A DNA stretch of 60,702 nt from a virus (IMGVR_UViG_3300025872_000060:1-60702); one strand, 5' to 3'. Shown: positions 32,732 through 42,771, numbered from the stretch's first letter. Notes: generated by a model from the sequence alone, not told the origin. A program made the numbers and translations.

Positions 32732-33763
32732 ATGGCAAAGAAGGTGCAGCACAATCCCGTACGATCCGAATGGGCGAACTTCATCGTGGCTTCCGCGTGG
32801 ATAGACGGCTACGGCACGAACGAGGTGGAGATCGTGATGGGCAGGCGCGGCGGCAAGCCCGTGGCGGGCGCGTTGGGAGGATGCGCGAACAAATGCATCG
32901 ACTTCGCGCGGAGGCGGACAGGATCTATCATGGTTCTCTCGGAGTCCATCAACTCGTCCCTTGCGGAGGCGTCCCTTCGCGAGGGATGGACGGGCGAGCC
33001 TGCGGGCAAGACGAAGACGATCACCCCGCAGGTATCCAAGGAGGATGCCATGTGGCTCATCAAGTCTTGGGCAGCTGCCTGCGACGAAGTGGATGGCAGG
33101 ATAGCGTTCACCTTGTCCCGCGGATGGATCGAGAAGGATGCCGCGCAGGAGGGGGCGTGGCTCGCCCTCAACGGAGCGTACCTGATGGAATGGGCGAAGC
33201 CGTATCCCCTGTGGAGCGGCACCACAGGCAGGTTCTGCTGGGCTGCCCTGCGGAAGCGATGGGGGATGCCCCTGAAGGAATGGGACAGGGAGCCTGAGCC
33301 ACATGCCCGCAACTTCGCCCGCTTCGCCGCCGCCGCACGGGCATCGGAGACTCCTTGGAAGGTCAGGTGGTTCCACCAGCCTCCCCCTCCGGACGAAAGG
33401 GATATCGACTTTGTCCCGCATATCGCAGAGCAGCCTCCAGAGAGAACGCTCTGACATTCTAGAATGGGGGATGCCATGCGCACGCCCAATCGCTCCCGAA
33501 ATACCCATGCACTTCAAGGCCAGATCCAGGCAGGAACTCAATGGCTGCAGATGGGGAGGGAGTTACCAGACCATATCATGGGCGCACCTGACCGGGCGGC
33601 GCTTGCGGATTCCATCTCCCTGTTCATGGAGTTCATGAAGGCGTCAAAACTGATCCGCATGCCATCGTGGGAGCAACCGACGATAGACGCATTCATCGAA
33701 GCCGTGTTCGACGAATGCGTGGAAGCGATCAATGCGCGAGCAAGTGCATTGCTTGGCGGATAG
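32732..33763 (+). CDS. Two divergent plus-strand hypothetical genes (32732..33454, 33476..33763)
   Basis: Fill the gap at the head of the array; TAGAAT at 33460 precedes the second. Confidence 0.55.
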
Positions 33764-34229
33764 CGGCAGACCAGCCTTCCCCTTGGGCTGCTTCCTTTAG
33801 TGATAGGATGGGATCTTCGTTCACCCATCCTCCGTGAGACTGGAGGACCGTCATAACCACATGGCTAGGCACGTAGCCGTAGACGGAGCGAGTGGGCTGC
33901 CTCCTGTCTTCAGCCCAAGGCAGCAGGATCTTTTCCTTCCGGGACGGAAAACCAACCTCCCATTCCCGCCAAGTCCCTTCAGTGGGTCGGTATTTCCTAG
34001 GCAGGCAGTAGTGTCCGTCTCCTGCTTGCACGGAAAGAGTGAATCCATCTAGGCAGGCAAAGGGCTTGATGGGAGGAAAGTAGTCCAGATGGGATAAGCC
34101 GCTCACCACAGTCATCCCCTTGTCTCCCCTGCGCATGCAGAATTCAGTGCTGAGGATCTTGTCAGCCACATGGGGGAACTTTTCCCACTCGATCAGCGCA
34201 CTCATTGTTTTCTTACTTGGAGTTTTCAT
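33729..34229 (-). CDS. Hypothetical phage protein
   Basis: CLDGFTLSVQAG..HYC.PR...WEVGFPS...VYGYVP...HGG pattern. Confidence 0.65.
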   Translation of the reverse strand: MKTPSKKTMSALIEWEKFPHVADKILSTEFCMRRGDKGMTVVSGLSHLDYFPPIKPFACLDGFTLSVQAGDGHYCLPRKYRPTEGTWREWEVGFPSRKEKILLPWAEDRRQPTRSVYGYVPSHVVMTVLQSHGGWVNEDPILSLKEAAQGEGWSAAIRQAMHLLAH

Positions 34230-34318
34230 AAGAACCCATTCATTTCATCGTCGCCGACCAGCAGCTCTGGCTCAATTCCAATGGATCGGGCAGCCGCGGA
34301 GTTTCCTTGTCCTCCCCA

Positions 34319-35260
34319 TCACGCTTCCACCAAACCTCCGTCAGGGCTGACATTATCGGGCAATGTAGTTCCTTGTTTTCGCCCGCTCACAGGTGACTGC
34401 ATTCGCTCTGAAGCGTTCCACGCAGCCTCCACTGGACGCCTGTCGTAGCGAAGGGTGGTGGCGGGGTTCGAATGCCCCATCAACCGCATGACAATGCCGA
34501 TGTCCGCTCCCGATCCAAGCACTTCTCCTGCGAACGTTCGGCGGAAGTCATGAGGGGTGATCCGCTCCAGCCCAGCCTTTCGGACAAGTCCGTTCAGGAT
34601 GGTGCGAATGCCTGACTGAGAAAGACGACGCTCCGAGCCGCTCTCTCCACGAACGGAACACAGGAGGGGATCATCGGGCTTCAGCTGGCCCCGGCGCACG
34701 ATCCACATGTCCACCGCCTCCGCGCTCTCCGCGGGAAGGGAGATCTGCCTCACGCGCCCCCTTTTTCCACGCACGCGCAGGATCTTGCCCGACCAGTCTC
34801 CGCAGCTCAGCCCAGCCACCTCCCCACGACGGAGCCCCATGGCGAGAAGGCAGATCAGTGCCTCGTTTCGGGCACCCGCCACCCCCTCCCCGCACACCCT
34901 TATCAGTGCGCGGATCTCCCCCTCTCCCAGGTGCCGCCCAGTAAGCGGCTCCTCGCCGCGGTTACCCGACCGAGGCATGGCGCGATCCGCGGCATCCCTG
35001 TCCATGTAGCCCATCCTCCAGCATTCCCTGATGAGCTCCCGCCAGAAGGAAAGCATCTTCGCCACAGTGCGCCGCCCATAGGACTCATTCAGTGCGCGCA
35101 CGAGACGGGAGGAATGTGCATGGGTGATCCCCCTCGATAGATCCTCTTCGGCCATGCCTGCCAGCTGGAGGCACCGGGACAGACCGCTCCTCACAGTGCG
35201 TGCGGATCCCTCTCCCATCCGGGAGCAATACGATTCAACGGGACTTTCCATCTGCTGCAT
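34319..35260 (-). CDS. Tyrosine recombinase/integrase (XerC/D-like)
   Basis: RNEAL...GLRRGEV (R), VRGKRG (K), HDFRRTF (HxxR), MGHSN (H), TTLRY (Y). Confidence 0.92.
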   Translation of the reverse strand: MQQMESPVESYCSRMGEGSARTVRSGLSRCLQLAGMAEEDLSRGITHAHSSRLVRALNESYGRRTVAKMLSFWRELIRECWRMGYMDRDAADRAMPRSGNRGEEPLTGRHLGEGEIRALIRVCGEGVAGARNEALICLLAMGLRRGEVAGLSCGDWSGKILRVRGKRGRVRQISLPAESAEAVDMWIVRRGQLKPDDPLLCSVRGESGSERRLSQSGIRTILNGLVRKAGLERITPHDFRRTFAGEVLGSGADIGIVMRLMGHSNPATTLRYDRRPVEAAWNASERMQSPVSGRKQGTTLPDNVSPDGGLVEA

Positions 35261-35953
35261 CTCGAAGTTCCTCCAGGGGATCCATCCTCAATACCCTTCG
35301 CGCGGTAGCCATCAACTCATCCACGTGCCGGACGCTTTCCGCCTTGGTCGACCACGGAACGCAGTGCGTCATGCTGCCGCCGGATCGCTTCCACCCCATC
35401 GTCCACAACTTCTCGTCCAGCCGCCCGAGGAACCACTTCCTCGTCTCGTCGTCCATTCGAACTCCAGAGTCCACCGCATCGGCGATCCTCTGCAGTGCGT
35501 CGTGACCGCCGCTCATGGCTTTCCCCCGTCGCCCAGACGGGACATGCATGACAGGAAGTTCAGTGGGTCGTCGCCGCCGTGAATGGCGTTCCACAGCCCA
35601 AGCACTTCCTTCGCCCACGCGGACCGATCCGAGTCCATGCCGTAACGGACCTCTTCCTCCACGCCCTTCTCCTTCATCACCGACTTGTGGTCCTTGCGCA
35701 CCCGCGCAAGAAGCTCATCCACGTCGCGACCATGGAACCGGGCAAGCATGAGGAGATCAAGCAGTGCGTGCTCGATGGGGTCGTCAGCCTCGCCGTACGG
35801 ATCCCACGAGTAGTGCATGATCCCGCACTCGCCCCCGGGATGAAGCATCACTGCAGCACGAGCAGCCTCCCAAGAGCGGACTTCCGCCCAGCTGGTGCCG
35901 CCGTAAGTCTCCTCCTCGTCGCCACATGCGTCCTTTATCTCTGCTTCTGACAT
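35235..35953 (-). CDS. Two hypothetical genes (35235..35516, 35513..35953), likely co-transcribed with the recombinase
   Basis: Overlapping starts/stops; both end with DPLxxL. Confidence 0.6.
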
Positions 35954-35977
35954 GACTTCGCCTCCAGTGCGTCACTC

Positions 35978-36006
35978 ATTGTAACAGCACCATTTTCCAC
36001 AGTCAA
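35978..36006 (-). promoter_or_regulatory. Sigma70-type promoter TTGACT-17-TACAAT
   Basis: -35 at 36001-36006, -10 at 35978-35983. Confidence 0.75.
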
Positions 36007-36805
36007 GTAGCCAGAAGGAAGATTCCGTGCACTTCAAAAGAACAATTTCGCAATATGGGGTTTCTACTCCGCCTCAGGAAAACTGAACGATAACCTTCGC
36101 AGTGCGCTCTTCCTCTCCCCACGCTGTCACAAAAAGCGTTTCCAGTGCAGCTATTAGAAAACTACCCCATAACAAGTTTCATCCACCTTCTGGAGCAAAA
36201 GGAAAGGATTCCACCGCCAAAAGCGCTTTTTGGACCGTCCGCCTAGAAAACTACCCCATAACTGGGCGCACCATGTTATCAAGCACCTTTCTCCTTTAAA
36301 GGGAAAACTACCCAATAAGCAGTGCGCAGAATAGCCGTTCAGTGCACCAAAGAACACAACCATATAGTTGCACTCCCTCTTTTCAGGTATACATGTCATG
36401 CAGTCTTATCCAGGGATAGATGAAGAAGTCCATGACCATGGAGTTTCACTCTCGCCCGGAGAAGCAAAGTCCATGGAAGGAATCACCTGCGCGCAGGCAA
36501 GGGCAGGAAGGGCCAAGCTAGCTCAAGAATGTCATGCACCTCGCAGTGGGTCAACTTGCAAGCATGCATGAGTGTTCGTGGCACTTTCCTTGTGACAGGT
36601 GAAACTGGAAAGTTTCCAAGGAAAGCCAGAGCCATCAATGCTCCCAGCGCTCGAGATGGAAAGTGCATGACATCTTCCGCTCGAGCTGCACAACTTCACA
36701 TGGCTGCCATTGAGCAATCATTGAAATTTCGTCGCTCTGCAAGAAATTTCAATGGCGGCTTGCACTACTCCTTCGCAATCCGTAGGATTTCCAAAAGAAT
36801 CCAGC

Positions 36806-36840
36806 AAAAGCAGAACCGCGCACCCTTCGGTGCGCGGTTC
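36806..36840 (-). terminator. Intrinsic terminator
   Basis: GAACCGCGCACC-GAAG-GGTGCGCGGTTC followed by TGCTTTT. Confidence 0.7.
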
Positions 36841-36869
36841 CTCCACACGACAACATCGGAAACATGCCC

Positions 36870-37025
36870 TTATCCGGCTGATCGATCACTCTCACGCGCC
36901 CGCTGGGCTGCACGGGCTGCACTCGTTCCTTCGTTATACGCCTTGCGGTGCGCCGCCTTGATCATCAAGGCTTCCTTGACCTTCCGCATGCTTGGCTTGA
37001 AACTGTTATTCTGATTCTTTCCCAT
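36870..37025 (-). CDS. 51-aa basic protein MGKNQNNSFKPSMRKVK...
   Basis: Strong GGAGGTG Shine-Dalgarno and a downstream terminator; below the ORF track cutoff. Confidence 0.6.
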   Translation of the reverse strand: MGKNQNNSFKPSMRKVKEALMIKAAHRKAYNEGTSAARAAQRARESDRSAG

Positions 37026-37270
37026 AATTCACCTCCAGTTCCTTCTTTCGGAAGGAGAGAACCAATGAAAAAGGGACCGACGGATATTCCGTCGATCCCT
37101 CCTGCCGAACATCAATGCTCCTTCGCTCGTGGCGATGGGCAAAGACACGCGAGCCTCCTCTGCGTCAGCGTGAGTGGCTGGTTCGGTCAGTGACTGCTGG
37201 GACAGCGTCTCCTTGACAGAATGTTCCACGGGGAACACTCCGTCGGCAGCCTGAAAGGCACACCTTCCGT

Positions 37271-37303
37271 AAATAAAGAAGGCGCAGTTTTCACTGCGCC
37301 TTC
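37271..37303 (-). terminator. Intrinsic terminator
   Basis: GAAGGCGCAGT-GAAA-ACTGCGCCTTC followed by TTTATTT. Confidence 0.7.
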
Positions 37304-37842
37304 TCTCAACTTCGTCCTTCTTGCCGTCCCTGGGGGCTAGGGAAGGCTTCCAGACGGCTTGATGTGACCAAACGGGCGTTGGTGGGTTAGCCCGTCAGCA
37401 GGCTGCACGACCGTTTCCTTGGTCCTTGCGAACCGTCCCTCGGTCGCACCGCAGTGCTTGAACGCCTCACGCAGCAGCCTCTCGGCTTCTGGAGATGCGC
37501 AGGTTCGGGATTTCCGTGCAGGGGGGTGCATGGGGTTCCCTATCCTTGGTCGTGACTTCATTCTAGTGGGCTGCGGTCGCCGCCCACATGATTCCATCCA
37601 GATTCCACATAAGGAACCCGCCCTGCCGAAGGGGGCCTTCTTCAGCAGGGCGGGTATACGAAAGGAAAAGGCGCCTCGCCCTCTATCCGCGCCCGCGAAG
37701 ACGCAGAGTCGTCCCGGGGCGAGACGCCGAGAGGAGAATGAACGACGCGGACGGGGGGTGCCCGCGCCGCCCAGAGTTCAGAAAACACCTTGGAGGGCAG
37801 TTTCCTAAGCCCATTGTAGTGGGCAAGAAGACAGCAGCCTCG

Positions 37843-39495
37843 TCATACTGTCTTTTTTGACGAGATCACCGTGACGTCTCCCGTCACCACAGGAGTCCTA
37901 GGGATGCCTCCCAGCCGCTCCAGCCCCAGATGAGCCGCCACGCGGCGAGCCTCCAGCAAGGCTGTCTCGCGGCTGGAGGAGTCCACGGAGTGGCAGACCT
38001 CCCAGTGGAGCAGTTGCCCAGACAGAAGGCTCCCTGCGTTCGCCCAAGCCTCTATCTCCCCGTGAAGCATCACGATGAGGAACGCCTTGGGGGCGTCGTC
38101 ATCAGCCGCATCCCCATGGGGAGTCTCGTAGCCAATGAAGATCTTGTCCAGTTGCTTCGTCATGAATGCCATTCTAGTGGGCTGCCTTCAGCCACCCAGC
38201 CACATGGGGAATCTTCCCAAGAAGTGCGCTCAAGCCTGCTGCGTGGTCATTTTATATAAAATATAAAATGCCCCTGCGAGCGTCAGAACGAAGTTCAGTG
38301 GGGCAATGTGGGGCAATGTGCAGCGAAGTGGGACACCAGTGCTTTTATATGTTGCATTATATAAAATATTATCTGGGCGGTAACTCCATGCTATTTTCGC
38401 AGTGGGCTACGGACTCCGTCCGAAGGCTTCGCAGTGGGTCACGGACTCCGTCCGATGCTATTTTCGCAGTGGGCTACGGACTCCGTCCGAAGGCTTCGCA
38501 GTGCGTCATTCCATGAGGCGCTTGAACCAGACGATGGAGAGCACGGCTGCGGCGGTCGCCACGAAGCAGCATCCGCCTGCCTCCACGAGCCGCATGGCGG
38601 AAGCAGCCAGCGAACCTCCGACTAGGTGCATGCCGGCTAGGTATGCGGACACGGCTATGGTGACTCCCAGAACCGCATGGATGATCCATCGGGACGGGGT
38701 GGACGACTGGTGCGGATTCTCGTTGTTCCTATTGACCTGCATCGGTTTCCTTTGGCTTCCTGCCTCTCCGCTTGGGAGCCTTCTTGGGTTCAGTGCCATC
38801 GTCTCGTGCATTCTTCTCTTTGGAAGGTTTCTCTGAAGGCTTCTCTGAAGGCTTCTGCGAAGGCTTCCTTCGGATCCTCTTGGGGGTGGAGGCGTCTTTC
38901 ATGAGCATCTGCACGATGCTCCACGCTCTTTCTCCATCGAGTGAGTTCAGTGCGTCCATGAGTTCGGAAGCGGTGCGTGGATCCTCTATGGGAAGATCCT
39001 CCACGGGTGGAACGGGGCAAGGCGGGATTCTGTCCCTGAGGGACGAGACCGATATGGTGGCTCCGCTGGGGCTGCCATGGGGATTGGCTTCGTTGTCCCA
39101 TGCAAGGAACGAGAAGTGCCGTCCTGCCGCTGGGTGTCCGTCGTGGATGCCCATCTCTTCGGACTGGGCGTTGATGAGTATCCTCACTGCGCGTCCTCCA
39201 TCCCGTATCCCCTGAGCACTGCTGCCGTGTCCTTCTGGATGAATGCGTTCCACATGATGGAAAGGGAGTGGAGGTCTGCCACGGGGATGGTGGAGACCGT
39301 GGTGATGGACAGTGGGTCTTCTCCTGTCTTCCTGAGTTGCATCTCCATGATTCCTGGATCTTCGGGTGGGATTCCCATTCTTTCTCTTTCAGTGGGTGTT
39401 GATCTGTAGTGCTTCAGTATGAACATGTGATCATGGAGATGGTGGCTGGGAGGCAGCCTGAGGTCATTGGAGTGTAGCCATATCTGCTTGAGCAT
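37843..39495 (-). CDS. Hypothetical genes (37843..38163, ~38729..39190, 39184..39495 and a small membrane ORF ending at 38506)
   Basis: TAGAAT/TACAAT 7-8 nt before the ATGs at 38163 and 39495. Confidence 0.5.
38388..38503. repeat. Tandem repeats TTCGCAGTGGG(CT/TC)ACGGACTCCGTCCGA x3 plus a partial copy
   Basis: Read directly; AT-rich tracts at about 38249-38269 and 38343-38372. Confidence 0.85.
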
Positions 39496-39839
39496 GGGGA
39501 GTCATTGTAGTGGGTGTGGTAGGAGGATGTGGTTCAGTGGGTGGGATTTGTGCTTCCCCCGAAAATTTTCCATGTGGCGTTTTCAGTGGGTGATGGTTCA
39601 GTGGGTGGAAATGAAAAACCCCTCGCTCGGCGGTGAAAGGACAGCCGAGGAGGGGCGTGAGAGAGGACTGATGTTCAGTGGGTGGCGTATGCGTTGACGA
39701 CCATGTAGACGGATGCCGCTATGGCTGCCGCGCCTACTGCTGCCTTGAAGAGGAGGAACGGCGTCCTCCACTTGGGCGGGACATGAGGCGGATGAAGCCA
39801 AAGCAGCATCGTGACGAGGAGAAGGAGGAACGAAAGCTC

Positions 39840-40569
39840 ACTGTAGTATTTCACGAAAGCGGGCTCTAGTACGGGAACGAAGTATTGGGTTTGGGTTTCA
39901 ACTATCGGTTTAGGCGATAGTTTTATCGGACGTTATTTTCCTGTAGCCTCCCGCAAAAGAGGGCTCAGATAAAGGGCTGGACCGAAGGCACTTGTACTTC
40001 GCAACCCTTGCAGGGCCTGTAGCCTCCCACAAAAGCGGGCTCTCGTACAGGCGTGCGCGAATGAGTTGAACCTGTAGCCTCCCCGAGAAAGCGGGCTGAT
40101 ATACAGGCTCGCATCGCTGCGAGGCTTCAAGGCTTTTCCTGTAGCCTCCCGAGAAAGCGGGCTGATATACAGATTGTTGCGTTCCTGTCTATGTCTGATC
40201 CTGCCTGTAGCCTCCCGCAAAAGAGGGCTGAGATACAGGGTGATTGTGCTCGGGTTGCGAAGTGCGCAACTCCTGTAGTCTCCCGCAAAAGAGGGCTGAT
40301 ATACAGGGTCAGGGTGAATGTAAAGGACCGTATTCCCCTGTAGCCTCCCGAGAAAGCGGGCTGATATACAGGGGAGGAACCAGAAAGAAATACAAGTCCG
40401 TTCCTGTAGCCTCCCGAGAAAGCGGGCTGAGATACAGGGTCAGCGGTCTTTGAGTGTTTCCACACATCCCTGTAGCCTCCCGAGAAAGCGGGCTGATATA
40501 CAGGTTCATCGGCAACCCACATGGAGGGATTGACCTGTAGCCTCCCGCAAAAACGGGCTGATATACAGG
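39840..40569 (-). CRISPR. CRISPR array: 10 clear 36-bp repeats plus one degenerate distal repeat
   Basis: Plus-strand consensus CCTGTAGCCTCCCG(A/C)(G/A)AAAG(C/A)GGGCTGATATACAGG at 39940, 40016, 40071, 40138, 40204, 40272, 40337, 40403, 40469, 40534; spacers 40, 19, 30, 30, 32, 29, 30, 30, 29 nt; degenerate copy at 39840-39875. Decay toward low coordinates implies minus-strand transcription. Confidence 0.95.
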
Positions 40570-40594
40570 GTTACGCTCGTAAGTGCTTTCCTTA

Positions 40595-40899
40595 CCTGTA
40601 TTTAAGCCTGTTTTGCCCCGAAAAAAAGCAAGCCTGTAAAACCTGTATGTAAGCCCGCTTTCGCGGATTCTGGCTGCGCGATGCTCGTTTTATTGAGCGA
40701 GGATAATTCTCGTGGATCTTGCGATCCTCATCCATCCGGCAGGGCGCTCGAGGAATCCAGTTTTCGATGAATTCCGACACGTTGCCAATGGAAGCGCTGT
40801 CCCTTTATCACGCAGCTCGTTGCAGGGGATGCGCCTGTGCCTTGGTAGTGGATCCGTTCCCTATGGGCGGTGTCCTCTCCATGCAGCAGGCGCATTCAT
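40595..40899 (-). ncRNA. Candidate tracrRNA/scaffold RNA
   Basis: Inverted repeat-like segments at 40642-40666 and 40595-40614, several stems, and a U-tract at 40621-40627. Confidence 0.6.
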
Positions 40900-42771
40900 T
40901 CACGGATCGACCCGCCCCTGCAGCTGACCACAGCTTGCTTGCCACTCGTTGCGAGCGGCTACGGCGTCGATCTGATCGTTGTTCACATGAGAAAGAACGT
41001 AGGCTGACTTCAAGTCGCGGTCAACTTCTACGCCCCCTACGACAACGGTTCGCTGCGTGAGGGGAATCTTATTATAGTCGCCCGAAAGCGGATCGTACTG
41101 CGTTGCCTTGATTTCCTTCGTGGAAACCTGGGAAATCTTTCCTCCCGCCCGCTCCGCGTGCTTCACGAGTGCGTCGCGGACGGCTGAAGGCGTTCCTGCG
41201 CGGACTCCCTTGCCTGCCGCCTTCGACCATCCGTCCATGAGGCAGTCCTCGAACACGAAGTGGTCGCCCATGCGGGAGATGTGCTTGCCCGCGAGGTTGG
41301 CTTCCTGCTTCCTGCACCGCGCCTGCTGCTCCTGAAGAGCCTTGATCTGCCTCTTGAGGGCGATCATGCGCTGTGATCGGTTGATCTTGGATCCCTTGAT
41401 GTACGCTCCCTTGGAGTCGAATGCATGGGGATTGTTGGCGACCTGTGCTCGGGAGAACCGCCGCTGGAGGGCCTTGATGAGGGAGTCGAGCCTCCTGCCC
41501 TTGGGGGAGTGCGCGATGGTCCTGCCGCCCATGTGGGAGCCGAACACCGCCGTGGACTGCGTTCCGAAGTCCACGCCCACCTTGCCTTGCGCGTGGGGAA
41601 GGGAATCAGGCAGCGCCTCTCCCTTGTACGAGACCGCGAGCTCGAAGTGGATCTTGCCATGGGAGCGGACGGGCACAACGGATACATTCCTCATGCAGCC
41701 CGACATGATGTACGACAGAACCTTCTCCTCGTACGGATCGCCTTCGTGCCGCGTGCGAAGTGGAATGGAGATGGTGCGGGACGACAGACCCTTCTTTCCC
41801 TTGTTCTCCCCACGGCGCTTGATGTAGAACAAGGATCCGTCTGGGTTGATCCCGATGGTTCCCTCTGCGATTCCCATCCTGCCCGAAGGACACGGACGGA
41901 GCGGCGGGCGGGTGATGAACACCTTGGACGAATGCTCCTTGCGAGCGGTCTTGCACGCAGCCTCCGCTTCCTTGAAGATGGCTCCTGCGTTGAAGGTGGA
42001 CAGGTGGGATCGGATCCACGAGCGTGGACCCAGGATGTCCAGGTCCTCGCTGTACGCTCCGTTCCTGTTGCCCCTGAGCCACGGGACGATGGCAAGACCC
42101 ACGCCGTGGTGCTCGTATGCGTGCTCGAAGGCGAGCTTGCGTGCGGAATTCTCCTCCTTGGCGAGCGCCTTTTCCTGAGCCTTGAGGATCTTGTGAGCGT
42201 CCTTCTCCTCCTTCGTAAGCCGCTTCCTGCCCTTCTTGTTCTTCTTTTCCTTCTTGGGCTTTCGGTTCTCCATGCTGGAGGCGATCTTCTCCATCTGCTT
42301 CTTCAGCGCTTCGATGGCGGGCTTGGCTGCCTTGAGCGCCTCGGGGGAGATGGCGGCTGCCTGACGGCGGGTGCGGGAAATCTTCCTGCCGATGATCCGC
42401 ATCTCCCTCTTTGCCGCGATGTTCTTGGGAGTGTCGAGGGCGTGGGCTTGCCTCCACTCATCGGATTCCCTCATCCTCTTGTAGCGTACATTGTACTGCC
42501 TTGCGTACGCTGCAAACGCATGGCCAGATGCTCGGCACAGTTTGAGCAGGAAGTCATAGCCTTCCTTGTCTGGAGCCATCATGATCTTATGGCAGAGTAT
42601 GCCCGTGGCGTCCGTGGGCTCCGAAGTGGAATCGTCCTCCTCTTGGGGAGCATCGGACTTCTTCTTGGGCTTGAGGACAGGCGCCTTGCCGAAGATGAAC
42701 GGCTTGCCCTTGGCGTGGGCTGCTGCGATCTTCTGGCTGATGGTGATGGCGCTGGGGGTAGGGTCGCTCAT
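40900..42771 (-). CDS. TnpB/Cas12-like RuvC effector (about 623 aa), CRISPR-associated
   Basis: RuvC-I VGVDFG, bridge-helix region, RuvC-II FVFED, RuvC-III DRDLKSA; ATG 42771 is 8 nt after TAGAAT. Confidence 0.85.
   Translation of the reverse strand: MSDPTPSAITISQKIAAAHAKGKPFIFGKAPVLKPKKKSDAPQEEDDSTSEPTDATGILCHKIMMAPDKEGYDFLLKLCRASGHAFAAYARQYNVRYKRMRESDEWRQAHALDTPKNIAAKREMRIIGRKISRTRRQAAAISPEALKAAKPAIEALKKQMEKIASSMENRKPKKEKKNKKGRKRLTKEEKDAHKILKAQEKALAKEENSARKLAFEHAYEHHGVGLAIVPWLRGNRNGAYSEDLDILGPRSWIRSHLSTFNAGAIFKEAEAACKTARKEHSSKVFITRPPLRPCPSGRMGIAEGTIGINPDGSLFYIKRRGENKGKKGLSSRTISIPLRTRHEGDPYEEKVLSYIMSGCMRNVSVVPVRSHGKIHFELAVSYKGEALPDSLPHAQGKVGVDFGTQSTAVFGSHMGGRTIAHSPKGRRLDSLIKALQRRFSRAQVANNPHAFDSKGAYIKGSKINRSQRMIALKRQIKALQEQQARCRKQEANLAGKHISRMGDHFVFEDCLMDGWSKAAGKGVRAGTPSAVRDALVKHAERAGGKISQVSTKEIKATQYDPLSGDYNKIPLTQRTVVVGGVEVDRDLKSAYVLSHVNNDQIDAVAARNEWQASCGQLQGRVDP

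Noticed and set aside
38388-38503. Second CRISPR array
   Set aside because: Units are nearly contiguous with no unique spacers.
39976-40533. Self-targeting spacers
   Set aside because: No protospacer noticed in this window by eye; an alignment is needed to exclude partial matches.
39933-40780. ORFs over the CRISPR array and leader
   Set aside because: Repeat-derived translations (LYISPLSREATG).
40900-42771. Ordinary IS200/IS605 or IS607 insertion sequence
   Set aside because: No tnpA or serine recombinase nearby, larger than typical TnpB, and linked to an array plus anti-repeats.
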